In this document: positions 1 to 8,804 of the stretch, one piece after another | Layout of the letters: each line of letters opens with the position of its first letter | Position numbering within the stretch: the stretch's first letter is position 1 | Assembly (NCBI GenBank): GCA_963664815.2 | Contig: CAXXHB010000003.1 | Coordinates: forward strand, 3,200,001 to 3,264,000 | From: Spirochaetota bacterium | GTDB lineage: Bacteria > Spirochaetota > UBA4802 > UBA5550 | Length of the DNA: 64,000 nt | Reading direction: 5' to 3' | Program-made: the position numbers and the translations under genes | The notes under the pieces: generated by a model | What the model was told of the DNA's origin: nothing | Databases searched by the model: none | Seen by the model: only the letters and a program-made list of their open reading frames with translations

Positions 1-536
1 CCATTATCATCCTTTTTATATATTGATTTACCATTTGTATCTCTTTCACGCTCTTGTAATATTTGATCAATATTTGTCGTAGCTGAATAGTCTGTATATA
101 TCGTGTTAAATTTAAATTCAGATGCTTTTGAATAAAAAAATATTATTTGATGAGAATTTAAAAGTCCTTTTTTAGAATTAGACCATCTTTTATAAGACCA
201 AACTATTTCACTTTGAAAATTTTCAGTTTGAAAAACTTCATCTAATAAAATTCTTATATAATGTGATGCAGTTTTATCACAATGCAAAAAAACCGAACCA
301 GTATTTTTAAGTATTCGATTACATTGGATCAATACTTCTTTAATTAAAAATGTATATTCATCAATTGAATCAAATTTATCATCAAATTCGTATATCTTTG
401 AATTATCACGATTTGCTAAAGAATGCTTTTTCTGAGTAAAAAATGGTGGATCAAAATAGATTAAATCAATTGACTCAGAATTTATTTCTAATAATTTTTC
501 TAAGCAGTTACCATGAATAATTTTATTTGTTTCCAT
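1..536 (-). CDS. Site-specific DNA amino-methyltransferase (N6A/N4C family), 3' end runs off window
   Basis: Manual translation from ATG 536: METNKIIHGNCLEKLLEINSESIDLIYFDPPFFTQK...ILKNTGSVFLHCD...EIVWSYKRW; DPPF catalytic motif; overlaps the stop of the adjacent endonuclease. Confidence 0.85.
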   Translation of the reverse strand, partial: METNKIIHGNCLEKLLEINSESIDLIYFDPPFFTQKKHSLANRDNSKIYEFDDKFDSIDEYTFLIKEVLIQCNRILKNTGSVFLHCDKTASHYIRILLDEVFQTENFQSEIVWSYKRWSNSKKGLLNSHQIIFFYSKASEFKFNTIYTDYSATTNIDQILQERERDTNGKSIYKKDDN

Positions 537-1161
537 TATCGGGAGTCCTTTCATTAGCTATTTCTATTAAAATCTTTTTAAGATCAATACCTGTGTATTT
601 ATATACATAATTCCAAGCCTCGTCACCAACATAATATTCTCCATTCACCGCCGAGTAAAGTGTCTTAAGAGTTTCCTGGATTTTAATAGCTTGAGCTCTT
701 TGGGGATAATAAAACATAACCCGTATCGGCTTATAACCCTGATTTTGTATAACTTTTACCCTCGTGTGTTCTTTTGTAATATGATCTCCATCAGTTGTCG
801 CATCTCGCCATTTTATTTCTATTGCATCATTACCATTTAAAAAGTCAATTTCAAATGTTTTTGGTCTTTGACCAATTGTATTGTTAATCTTTGTCTTTAT
901 ACCATCAGGAAATTTATAATTAAAACATAGTGTAGCTGCTTCCCCTAAAAATGAACCAGCATATTTATATAAAAATCGACCGGTATTTTGATAAACATCA
1001 ATCAGTTTGCCTTCTTTTGATGTTATTCCAAGAACTCTATATATTAAATAATATGAATTATCATCATTATTCATCTCTTTTTTTCGTTGTTTAATTTTTT
1101 TATTGAGCTCAGATGCGTATTTTTCAGCTAATTTAATAATTTTGTTTTTTAATTCGTCCAT
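523..1161 (-). CDS. ApaLI-like type II restriction endonuclease
   Basis: LIYRVLGI...YQNTGRFLYKYAGSFL...EID...EIKWRDATTDGDH resembles the RE_ApaLI family; translationally coupled to a methyltransferase. Confidence 0.75.
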   Translation of the reverse strand: MDELKNKIIKLAEKYASELNKKIKQRKKEMNNDDNSYYLIYRVLGITSKEGKLIDVYQNTGRFLYKYAGSFLGEAATLCFNYKFPDGIKTKINNTIGQRPKTFEIDFLNGNDAIEIKWRDATTDGDHITKEHTRVKVIQNQGYKPIRVMFYYPQRAQAIKIQETLKTLYSAVNGEYYVGDEAWNYVYKYTGIDLKKILIEIANERTPDNGNK

Positions 1162-1280
1162 ATATTTCTTCCAAATAAATATTTCTTAGCCCGGCACAGA
1201 AGCCGAGCTTCTTTAAAAGGGCATGGGGGTTGTATTTTTTCAATTATTTTTCTTCAAAAACAAAAAGATTGGCTTCCCAA

Positions 1281-1460
1281 GTCTGGTAGGTCGGGGAGTT
1301 TGCACCCCCTTTCCCCCATAAGAACCGTACGTGAAAGTTTTACCACAGGCACTTCCTCCGGTCGCCCTTCATACGGCTCAAGCAGTCTTAAGCTCTCTAT
1401 TCAACCAGCCGCTGTTATCTGTTTTTATTCCCATTTTTCTATAGTAGAAATAATCAGAAT
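1281..1460 (-). mobile_element. Group II intron 3' remnant (end of IEP, domain V, domain VI), copy 1
   Basis: Minus strand GAGCCGTATGAAGG...CTTTCACGTACGGTTC (DV, 1379-1322), then DVI ending ...GACCTACCAGAC; closely matches 8805-8983. Confidence 0.85.
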
Positions 1461-1623
1461 AAAAGTATCCCTTCATGGTCTTTTTATAGTTCCATAATCA
1501 TAGTATTAATATATAGATAATAATCTACAACTGCTCTGGTTATCCGGTAATGACTGATACTTCAGCGGTTCAGGAATCTCTTTCACTACAAGCCTTCCGG
1601 TTTTACATGCAGTGCAGCATGAA
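1448..1623 (-). mobile_element. Degenerate IS91-family transposase 3' fragment (element B, copy 1)
   Basis: Similar to 6284-6460; remnant of the CCxACKTGRL zinc-ribbon tail. Confidence 0.6.
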
Positions 1624-1731
1624 ACGCGACAGCTTTTTACATCAGCTATGGTAAGGCATTATACATGTCACGGGTAAAAGTTATTGCACATCCTGTATGA
1701 AGAGTTTCATACGGCCTGGCAGGAGTCAGTA

Positions 1732-2595
1732 TTATTCTTTCGCCCCTGCTTTTTTAAGTATATCAACAATTTCAGAATAACCTTTCTCTTTCGCTATCTC
1801 TGATGCAGAATAACCCATGGCATTGTCTTTAGCATTGACGTCTGCACCTTTACTGATCAGCAGTTTTACAGCTTCAATATCTCCTGATTCTGCAGCATTA
1901 AACAGGGCGGTAAATCCATCCCTGTCTCTGGAGTTAACATTGGCTCCCCTGCTAATTAGCAGTTTAACTATTGTTATATTTACAGGATTGAACAGTCCTG
2001 ATGTGACATACATCAGGACTGTCTTGCCTTCATTATCTTTAGCATTGACATCTGCACCTTTATCCATCAGGATTTTAAAGATTTCAGTATTATCATTTTT
2101 TGAAGCGGCATACATCAGGGGATTGCATCCGTGGTCATCTTTTGCATTAACATCTGCTCCCTTGCTGACCAGGAGTTTTATAATTTCAGTGTTCCGGTAT
2201 ATTACCGAATATATTAAAGGTGTTTTACCTGAAATAGTTTTAGCATTTACATTCGCTTCATGGTTGATGAGGAGCGCGGCTATTTCTGTATTTTCTTTTT
2301 CTATAGCTACTATCAGGGGTGAGTAGCCTGAAGCTGTTTCGGGATTAATACCGGCGCCGTTACTTATAAGCAGCCTGACAATTTCTGTATTTTCTTTTTT
2401 TACAGCGAACATTACAGGTGTCCATCCGCCATCAGCTTTGTAATTGACATCCGCGCCTGCCGAGATTGTTGCCCTGACATCTTCCAGATTCCCGCTTTCT
2501 ACTGCATCAAGCAGTTTCCGATTCAGATCGTTGTTCTTCGCATATATTGCGTTTGCGGCCAGGCATATAAGAGTGATAATAAAAAAATTTTTCAT
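1732..2595 (-). CDS. Secreted ankyrin-repeat protein
   Basis: Signal peptide plus multiple G.TPL..A.....EIV.LLI..GADVNAKD repeats; GGAGG RBS. Confidence 0.9.
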   Translation of the reverse strand: MKNFFIITLICLAANAIYAKNNDLNRKLLDAVESGNLEDVRATISAGADVNYKADGGWTPVMFAVKKENTEIVRLLISNGAGINPETASGYSPLIVAIEKENTEIAALLINHEANVNAKTISGKTPLIYSVIYRNTEIIKLLVSKGADVNAKDDHGCNPLMYAASKNDNTEIFKILMDKGADVNAKDNEGKTVLMYVTSGLFNPVNITIVKLLISRGANVNSRDRDGFTALFNAAESGDIEAVKLLISKGADVNAKDNAMGYSASEIAKEKGYSEIVDILKKAGAKE

Positions 2596-2654
2596 AAACG
2601 GAGTCCTCCGTATATCATCGGGTACATAACGGGGTTTGTATTATAAATCCGGTA

Positions 2655-2790
2655 TTATTCATTCGGCATTTCATTCATTTCAAGTATTGTTTTCCAGTTT
2701 CTTGCTGTAGATATAGGGCTTAACTTTTTTTCTATATAAGTACCGATGAATTCGGACCTTACTGCTCCATCTTGATAATATATGCAGCCG
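2655..2790 (-). pseudogene. C-terminal fragment resembling DUF1697 family
   Basis: YIEKKLSPISTARNWKTILEM matches the T.RNW.T C-terminal motif; no plausible N-terminus. Confidence 0.45.
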
Positions 2791-2850
2791 ACAATCATAG
2801 TCCGGCTGCAAGCACTTCTTGTAACCTGTTTTATATATTTAACTGCATAG

Positions 2851-3404
2851 CTAAAAAGCCCTGATAGCCCTGACCCATCCATCATCACATTCGTTTATCA
2901 TAGCGCCGCTCTGAACTCCGGTACTAAAATACTGGCCTATCGCGTAATTGTAACCATCATCAGTCGAGCTCCAATAGAATTCTTCGCTAAGTCCTCCGAC
3001 TTTTGCTTTTTCAAATTTAAATACATTAAATTAAGTTCATCTTTCGATGGCAAAAACCAGTCATTTTTCCCACCTCCGCGATAATCGGCACATAGCCTTG
3101 CCGCTGAATTAACTGTGCCGCAGTTTTGTAATGCAGACCGGGTATTGCTTTTTCCTGTCCCTATTGCTGTTCCATTAGCGCCGGATTTAGCGTCACCGGA
3201 ACAACCCCATATTGTATGTTTACTCTGGTCTTCAGGTGCAGCTTCCAAATAACGCCATCCATCGGTATATTTACCCTTGTCATAAAATATCCAGCCGCCG
3301 GCGGAGCCTTTACTCCTGAGTTTATATACTTTTTCCCCTGCACAAATATCAGAATAAAAAAACAGCATCAACATTAAAGGTATAAACATCAAAAACCTTT
3401 TCAT
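2851..3404 (-). pseudogene. Frameshifted DUF1566/C-type-lectin-fold secreted protein, paralog of 7124..7696
   Basis: Starts MKRFLMF (ATG 3404, GGAG RBS); one base missing in an A-run near 3008-3012; the other frame continues VGGLSEEFYWSSTDDG...WVRAIRAF* ending at 2851. Confidence 0.75.
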
Positions 3405-3664
3405 AATACTCTCCGGATTCTTTATAATGAGAATATGAAACATTGAATTTAAAAAAATTTCAAGTTTTTTCTTTCTCATTCCAGCAAAAAAGAAAGTTAC
3501 AACATCCAACTCCTTTAGCAGTCATATTAACTTATATATCAAGTAAACTTCGATAAATCACAGAAAGTAAATACGAAACTCGCTGGAGTTAACGGGACAG
3601 ATTAGAACTTATCGGTAGATCGAATCAGTAATCTTCTTGATAAAAAGTATTCAATACGCCCTTT

Positions 3665-3800
3665 TTAAATTAAATCAAGGAACCTTCTGAACTTGATGTC
3701 CGAATCGCTGGTATGCTTCATCAACCAGTCATATAGGAAATCGAGCAACTCAAAGGAGACGACCAGCCCCCCTTCATCGAACTGGCTCTTCAGTTTCACC
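3665..3800 (-). pseudogene. Bacteriohemerythrin C-terminal fragment
   Basis: VKLKSQFDEGGLVVSFELLDFLYDWLMKHTSDSDIKFRRFL* (WL..H....D motif); cut off by the IS91-like remnant. Confidence 0.6.
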
Positions 3801-3804
3801 AAAA

Positions 3805-4082
3805 AGGACACATTCATTATATCCATGGCCTGACCGCTTACGGTTAGCTGTTATAATGAAGTTTAGCTGTACTGCACAGATTTTAAAAACTGTTTCATAG
3901 AGAGGATAAGTATGTCCGGAGCATTTGAGATTTTTCATAAAATCGCCATTCACAGTCTATCAGATAACTGTAAAAATAATTATTTTACTGGATTATTATT
4001 TCCCCTGGTAAAATCACCGGATTTTTACTGTATGTTATTTCAAAGATCGGGATAAAACGGTATTCAAATTCCTATATATACT
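3805..4082 (+). mobile_element. IS91-family element A 3' end with oriIS-like motif (copy 1)
   Basis: Near-identical to 9736-10007; GGTATTCAAATTCCTATA at 4059-4076 resembles the IS91/IS801/IS1294 oriIS terminus and is followed by GTTC at 4083. Confidence 0.75.
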
Positions 4083-4101
4083 GTTCGATCCCAGTGGTTT
4101 C

Positions 4102-4226
4102 GTCCAACAGAGTCTTAACATAGCTGCTGTCTGAAGATTGAAATTATCTGTTTAATGTTTTTATACTGCTAATAAATATTAGCGGTTTTTTTGAGGCAAC
4201 TACGTTAAGACTTCTATAAGTTAAAT
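4102..4226 (+). other. attC-like recombination site linked to IS91 element A
   Basis: GTCCAAC-ag-AGTCTTAAC...GTTAAGACT-tctataa-GTTAAAT inverted-repeat architecture; near-identical copy at 10027-10151. Confidence 0.7.
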
Positions 4227-4273
4227 GCTGTTGCCAAGGTTATAAAAAAGTAGAATCCTATATTGTTTATCAA

Positions 4274-4918
4274 TTATTTTCTATATTTTTTTAATAATTC
4301 ACTTTTCTTTTCAGTCGGTAAAACTTGTTTCGTAGGTATTTTAATTTCATTAAAAACGGTTTCTAGTTGTCCACCAGACTTAATTGTTTTCTGATATATC
4401 ATTTCAGTAGCGGATTTATTATTTTCAATAACATATACTATTTTTTCATAATCTTTAGAACTTGCTGCAGCAATTCCGCCTCCCGCTCCTCCTAATAAAA
4501 GAAGTGCATAATTAGTTTTTTCAGAACTCGAATCATAAAATGCAGTAATGTCACCTAAGTAAACTTTTTTACCACCACCATTATTTTCAAAGTTAATTCT
4601 TTTATCATTTTCAAAAAAAAACAATTTTGAATTAAAACCATTTTTACAGGCAATACGTGATAAATAGTTTTTACCGATTTTACCTTTCCCAACAAAAAAA
4701 CCGTTTTCATCTATATTCATAAAAGATTTTTGACTGTTCTGCTCATCCATGAAGATAAGATTACAACTTCTTGTTACATCCTCACCATCTATGAAAATAT
4801 GAAAAGTACCATAAAAAACTCCAGTTCCATTTTCAATTTCTAGATCATTAAAATTTTTCGTAGTAGTAGCACAACCTGTTATTAAAATACTTAATAGCAT
4901 GGTAAAAATAATTTTCAT
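4274..4918 (-). CDS. Hypothetical lipoprotein (cassette-borne)
   Basis: Lipobox-like LITGC; bounded by complementary ends GTTAAATGCAATTGCCA / GTTAAATGCTGTTGCCA. Confidence 0.75.
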   Translation of the reverse strand: MKIIFTMLLSILITGCATTTKNFNDLEIENGTGVFYGTFHIFIDGEDVTRSCNLIFMDEQNSQKSFMNIDENGFFVGKGKIGKNYLSRIACKNGFNSKLFFFENDKRINFENNGGGKKVYLGDITAFYDSSSEKTNYALLLLGGAGGGIAAASSKDYEKIVYVIENNKSATEMIYQKTIKSGGQLETVFNEIKIPTKQVLPTEKKSELLKKYRK

Positions 4919-4980
4919 TTTTAATCTCCAAATGTTTAATTCTAATGTATATATTTTTCTAAAAAAAATATGGCAATTGC

Positions 4981-5180
4981 ATTTAACGGCCAGGCTAACT
5001 GACGTTGGCGATCAGCCAATGTGCTGACCTGAAAATCTACAAAACCCTGACACATCATATTCAAAAACACAACTCAAATGTCCAGGCTACAAACATGGAA
5101 GCCAAGCACGGATGCTATTCCGTTCCTTTGAAAATCAAAAAGTTCATTCAGCCGTGCGCCGCTGTTAGCCGGTGTTATCG
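4981..5180 (-). other. Long (~200 bp) attC-like site
   Basis: Minus strand CGATAAC-acc-GGCTAAC...GTTAGCC-tggcc-GTTAAAT; lies between two co-oriented ORFs. Confidence 0.75.
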
Positions 5181-5251
5181 GCTGTAGCAACAACCACTAA
5201 TATTTTATTTTGCCCTCGTTCACGGACGAATGAGGGCAGGTCACAGGTTAA

Positions 5252-5968
5252 TCATTCAATTAATTCAAAGCTTTTAAATAAATATTCTTTTGAATCTTTT
5301 TTGTAATACATTTTAAAATCAATCAGGCAACCTTTTACAATATCAAAATGTGAAGTTACATGCAATCCCAGTAAATTATAACCATCAATATATGCAATAT
5401 TTGAAGTTATACTTTTTAATGTATAATTGATTAATATTTTATCAGGTTTTCCTTCATTGTCATATTCAAAGATATTATTCCATGATTCACCTATAGAAAT
5501 CTCTTTCTCCGAGAAATAAATTGGGATGATAATAGGGTTACCGTTTGGGACATTTTTGCGTTTAAACCTAAATAAGTTGAAGCCAAAAATGCAATTACTA
5601 TATACATAGTCACTTTCATTTTTAATAAACTCACCAGATGGCTTGATACGATTTTCAATTTCACTGCCCACCGTATAAAAATATCCCGGATATGATAATG
5701 GATTACAGCATGACTTCTTATCAAAGATTGTAAGGGTGTATGATAACTTCAAAATATCATTATCATTTTCTTTTATAGATATTTTTACAATACTTAAATC
5801 AGAATAAATTCCTGTTAATTGTTTTACTAATGCATTTTCTGGAAATGACTGAAGTTGTATTTTATATTTCAAAACTTCATTAGGCTTGAAAACCAAGGTT
5901 ACTTTATCAGAAGTATATCCTTGTGAAACGATTGACATAGCGAATATTAGAGTAAGAATTTTTTTCAT
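5252..5968 (-). CDS. Hypothetical secreted protein (cassette-borne)
   Basis: Signal peptide MKKILTLIFAMSIVSQG; bounded by complementary GTTATCGGC ends at 6039 and 5174. Confidence 0.7.
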   Translation of the reverse strand: MKKILTLIFAMSIVSQGYTSDKVTLVFKPNEVLKYKIQLQSFPENALVKQLTGIYSDLSIVKISIKENDNDILKLSYTLTIFDKKSCCNPLSYPGYFYTVGSEIENRIKPSGEFIKNESDYVYSNCIFGFNLFRFKRKNVPNGNPIIIPIYFSEKEISIGESWNNIFEYDNEGKPDKILINYTLKSITSNIAYIDGYNLLGLHVTSHFDIVKGCLIDFKMYYKKDSKEYLFKSFELIE

Positions 5969-6032
5969 AAAATATATTTATCCTTATTTACTCGGCCACG
6001 GATGGCCGACCACAAAGTTTTGTTGCCATTGC

Positions 6033-6095
6033 CGATAACGTTAAGAAGAGTATCTTAATCAATCTTCTCCGATTGAGATACTCTTCAAGTTGGAC
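6033..6095 (-). other. Short (63 bp) attC-like site linked to IS91 element B
   Basis: Minus strand GTCCAAC-tt-GAAGAGTATCTCAATC...GATTAAGATACTCTTC-ttaac-GTTATCG. Confidence 0.7.
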
Positions 6096-6170
6096 AGAAC
6101 CGCCTGAGCAACAGCCCGATATAATATTAATGGATTTTAAATTACCGGATTTATAATTGCAAGAATAATT

Positions 6171-6555
6171 CGTATGTAGAAATTTGAATAAATAAACAAT
6201 TGCTTCTTTATAACAACCAATATATCTGCTTTTAAAATATACTGTTAAACGATACTTTCCGGAATAAATTATAAGTATTTCTTAATAATCAGAATAAAAG
6301 TATCCCTTCATGGTCTTCCTACAGCCACCACAATCATAATACATCAATATGCAGATAATAATATACAACCGCTCTGGTTCGCTGGAGGTGAACGATACCT
6401 CACCGGTTCAAGAATCTCTTTTACAATAAGCCTTCCGGTTTTGCATGCAGGGCAGCATGAAAGATTTTTACCTGTGACACGCAGATAGATTTCACTCCAT
6501 GTCTGCGGTATACTTTCATTCTTCTTTTGAATTTCGTAAAACTCGCGGCATGCCT
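6171..6555 (-). mobile_element. IS91-family element B 3' end (transposase tail plus oriIS-like motif), copy 2
   Basis: Encodes ACREFYEIQ...TGKNLSCCPACKTGRLIVKEILEPVRYRSPP (zinc ribbon and RxPP tail); TATTCAAATTTCTACATACG at 6190-6171 resembles oriIS. Confidence 0.7.
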
Positions 6556-6664
6556 CAACAGCCTACTTTTTGTTTCTGTGTGATAGAATTACAAAGTATC
6601 TGATGCGGACTCAAAGCTGGAGTTGTCAGCTTTAACTGATTTTTTACACAAAACCGGCAAAATT

Positions 6665-6875
6665 ATATCGGGATAGATCAATTTTATTTTTCCACGACCC
6701 AGTGAATCGTATATTCCAGTGTTCCCGGGATGATTTGCTTTGTAAAATCAACCGGAATCATTATACCCTGCTCACATGAATATTGTTTATACCGTGCCAT
6801 GGATGCCTCCAATGGCTTTATTCACAGCATAACTATTATGTAATTGCAATCAATTTATACTTTTTTTACAATCTC
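6665..6875 (-). mobile_element. IS1182-family transposase N-terminal remnant with left end
   Basis: ATG 6800 with GGAGG RBS: MARYKQYSCEQGIMIPVDFTKQIIPGTLEYTIHWVVENKIDLSRY; end GAGATTGTAAAAAA at 6875. Confidence 0.65.
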
Positions 6876-6905
6876 GTTATATGAAAGCGCTTAACAACGA
6901 CCAGT

Positions 6906-6933
6906 CGCAGCAATACACGGATGTATTGCTGCG
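6906..6933. repeat. Perfect 12-bp hairpin
   Basis: CGCAGCAATACA-CGGA-TGTATTGCTGCG. Confidence 0.6.
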
Positions 6934-7123
6934 TTCCGACGAAACAGATTATATCTCAGAACATGAGCAATCATATTTTAATATTTTGCAGTATCAGTAT
7001 AAGTCAATAAAATAATTGACATATGCTTATAAAGAGTAATTATTTGAATATTCGATGAAACGAGTAGAGGAGATTCATTCATTCTAAAATATTTATCTTA
7101 TATTAAAAAAGGAGACATATATT

Positions 7124-7696
7124 ATGAAGAAAAATGTTTCATCAGCAGTTTTAGTAATGGTTCTGTTAATGTTTGCAGGAACAGGAGTTTTATTTGTAAG
7201 CGAAAGTAACGCGAAGAGTAAGACATACAGAATAGGAGATAAAGGCCCTGCAGGAGGCTGGATATTTTATGATAAAGGGAATTCTTCTGATGGATGGCGG
7301 TATTTAGAAGCCGCACCAAATGATCAGAGCGCTGAATCAGCGTGGGGCTGTTATGAAAAATCAATTCCCGGTGCGCAAGGAACAGCTATTGGAACGGGAA
7401 AAACCAATACTGCAGTAATAATTGGAAGCTGCGATGAATCAGGAATAGCAGCTAAAGTCGCAGCTGATTATCGTGGCGGAGGAAAAAGCGACTGGTTTTT
7501 ACCATCTGATGATGAACTGAATCTGATGTATCATAATTTGCATATAAAAGGAATTGGCGGTTTCGCCGAAGGCGACTATTGGAGTTCGTCTGAGGGCCCT
7601 GCGGACGGCGCGGCGAAACAGAATTTCATCGCTGGCGGTCATGACTACTACAATAAGGTCATGACGTTAAGGGTTAGGGCTGTCCGGGCTTTTTAA
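7124..7696 (+). CDS. DUF1566/C-type-lectin-fold secreted protein (possible DGR target)
   Basis: GPAGGWIFYDKG...DWFLPS.DELNLMY...YWSSSE...VRAVRAF; N-terminal signal/TM segment; AGGAG RBS. Confidence 0.8.
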   Translation: MKKNVSSAVLVMVLLMFAGTGVLFVSESNAKSKTYRIGDKGPAGGWIFYDKGNSSDGWRYLEAAPNDQSAESAWGCYEKSIPGAQGTAIGTGKTNTAVIIGSCDESGIAAKVAADYRGGGKSDWFLPSDDELNLMYHNLHIKGIGGFAEGDYWSSSEGPADGAAKQNFIAGGHDYYNKVMTLRVRAVRAF

Positions 7697-7711
7697 CAAT
7701 TTTTCACAGGG

Positions 7712-7901
7712 CAACCGCTCTGGTTCGCCGGAGGTGAACGATACCTCACCGGTTCAGGATTCTCTTTCACTACAAGCCTTCCGGTTTTGCATGCAGGGCA
7801 GCATGAAAGATTTTTACCTGTGATACGCAGATAGATTTCACTCCATGTCTGCGGTATACTTTCATTCTTCTTTTGAATTTCGTAAAACTCGCGGCATGCC
7901 T
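7712..7901 (-). mobile_element. IS91-family element B transposase tail, copy 3
   Basis: Near-identical to 6366-6555 and broken at the same GCGGCATGCCT point. Confidence 0.7.
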
Positions 7902-8208
7902 ATCACCATTCTGAGGATAGAACCCTTATTTGATATACAAATTAAGCGGCAATTTTAAATCGGTGGTGACATCTATCATCGTGGACTGGAAAAGGTTAAC
8001 ACAATCTAGGCTCTTATCTGTATTGCTCATAATTTCCGGAAGCCCGCCCGGTTGGAATACGGATTATAATTAAATAAAGTAAAATATTCCCGAAGACACA
8101 CAATCTTCGGGATACATACAGGATTGTCAAAATAAAAGCAGAGGGTATTCAGCCGATATTATTTTAGAGTACTCAATTTTTTTAATAAGCTACTTTTGCG
8201 ACAGACTC
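7902..8208 (+). mobile_element. Degenerate IS1182-family transposase C-terminus and right end
   Basis: Remnant ..EPLF...RGLEKVNT..LICIAHNFRK; terminal TTTTGCGACAGACTC at 8194-8208. Confidence 0.6.
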
Positions 8209-8240
8209 GTTTGTTGTGTGCAGTATCGCGGTTTACACAT

Positions 8241-8777
8241 TCATTTATCAATTACAAATGTAACTTCTTGAAATGTTCCAGGCCGTGGTACAATTGGAGG
8301 AAATATACATCCAGGTATGCATGCAATTGTTTTTTTTATCGCTTTACTATCATCAAGTTTTAGTTTTATTGTTTCATCCTGTTTAATCTTCAAATGTAGC
8401 ATTCGAATTGAACCAATTCCAGGGTTTTGCGAAGTACCGTACGTATCAGCCTGTCCAGTTGCCGCATGTAGGATATATTCTATTTTTAAATCACCAACTG
8501 GTACTGGAAATTTATATTTAAAATCATCTTTTTTATAAATCTTTTTATCATTTTGATCAAAATAATGATTACCAAAAGTTCCATAAAAATATTCTTCATC
8601 ATTCACAATAAATTTACAAGACCAGTGATCAATATATTTATAATAATTGAAGTCTAATACTATATAACCATGCGCAGATAATAAAATTGAATTTTCTTTT
8701 TCTTTAATCTGTCGTGATGGTGTACACGATGTAATAAAAAATAGGATAAGTATAATTATTGATATATGTTTTTGCAT
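8241..8777 (-). CDS. Hypothetical lipoprotein (cassette-borne)
   Basis: Lipobox-like FITSC; AGGAG RBS; followed on the minus strand by R''-like GCACACAAC ending at 8213. Confidence 0.7.
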   Translation of the reverse strand: MQKHISIIILILFFITSCTPSRQIKEKENSILLSAHGYIVLDFNYYKYIDHWSCKFIVNDEEYFYGTFGNHYFDQNDKKIYKKDDFKYKFPVPVGDLKIEYILHAATGQADTYGTSQNPGIGSIRMLHLKIKQDETIKLKLDDSKAIKKTIACIPGCIFPPIVPRPGTFQEVTFVIDK

Positions 8778-8804
8778 TTACTAACTCCTAAAGTTTTAGC
8801 GATA

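Noticed and set aside
1300-1497. 65-aa plus-strand ORF
   Set aside because: Antisense to intron DV/DVI and the IS91 remnant; not a credible gene.
5005-5187. 60-aa ORF
   Set aside because: Lies within the attC-like site.
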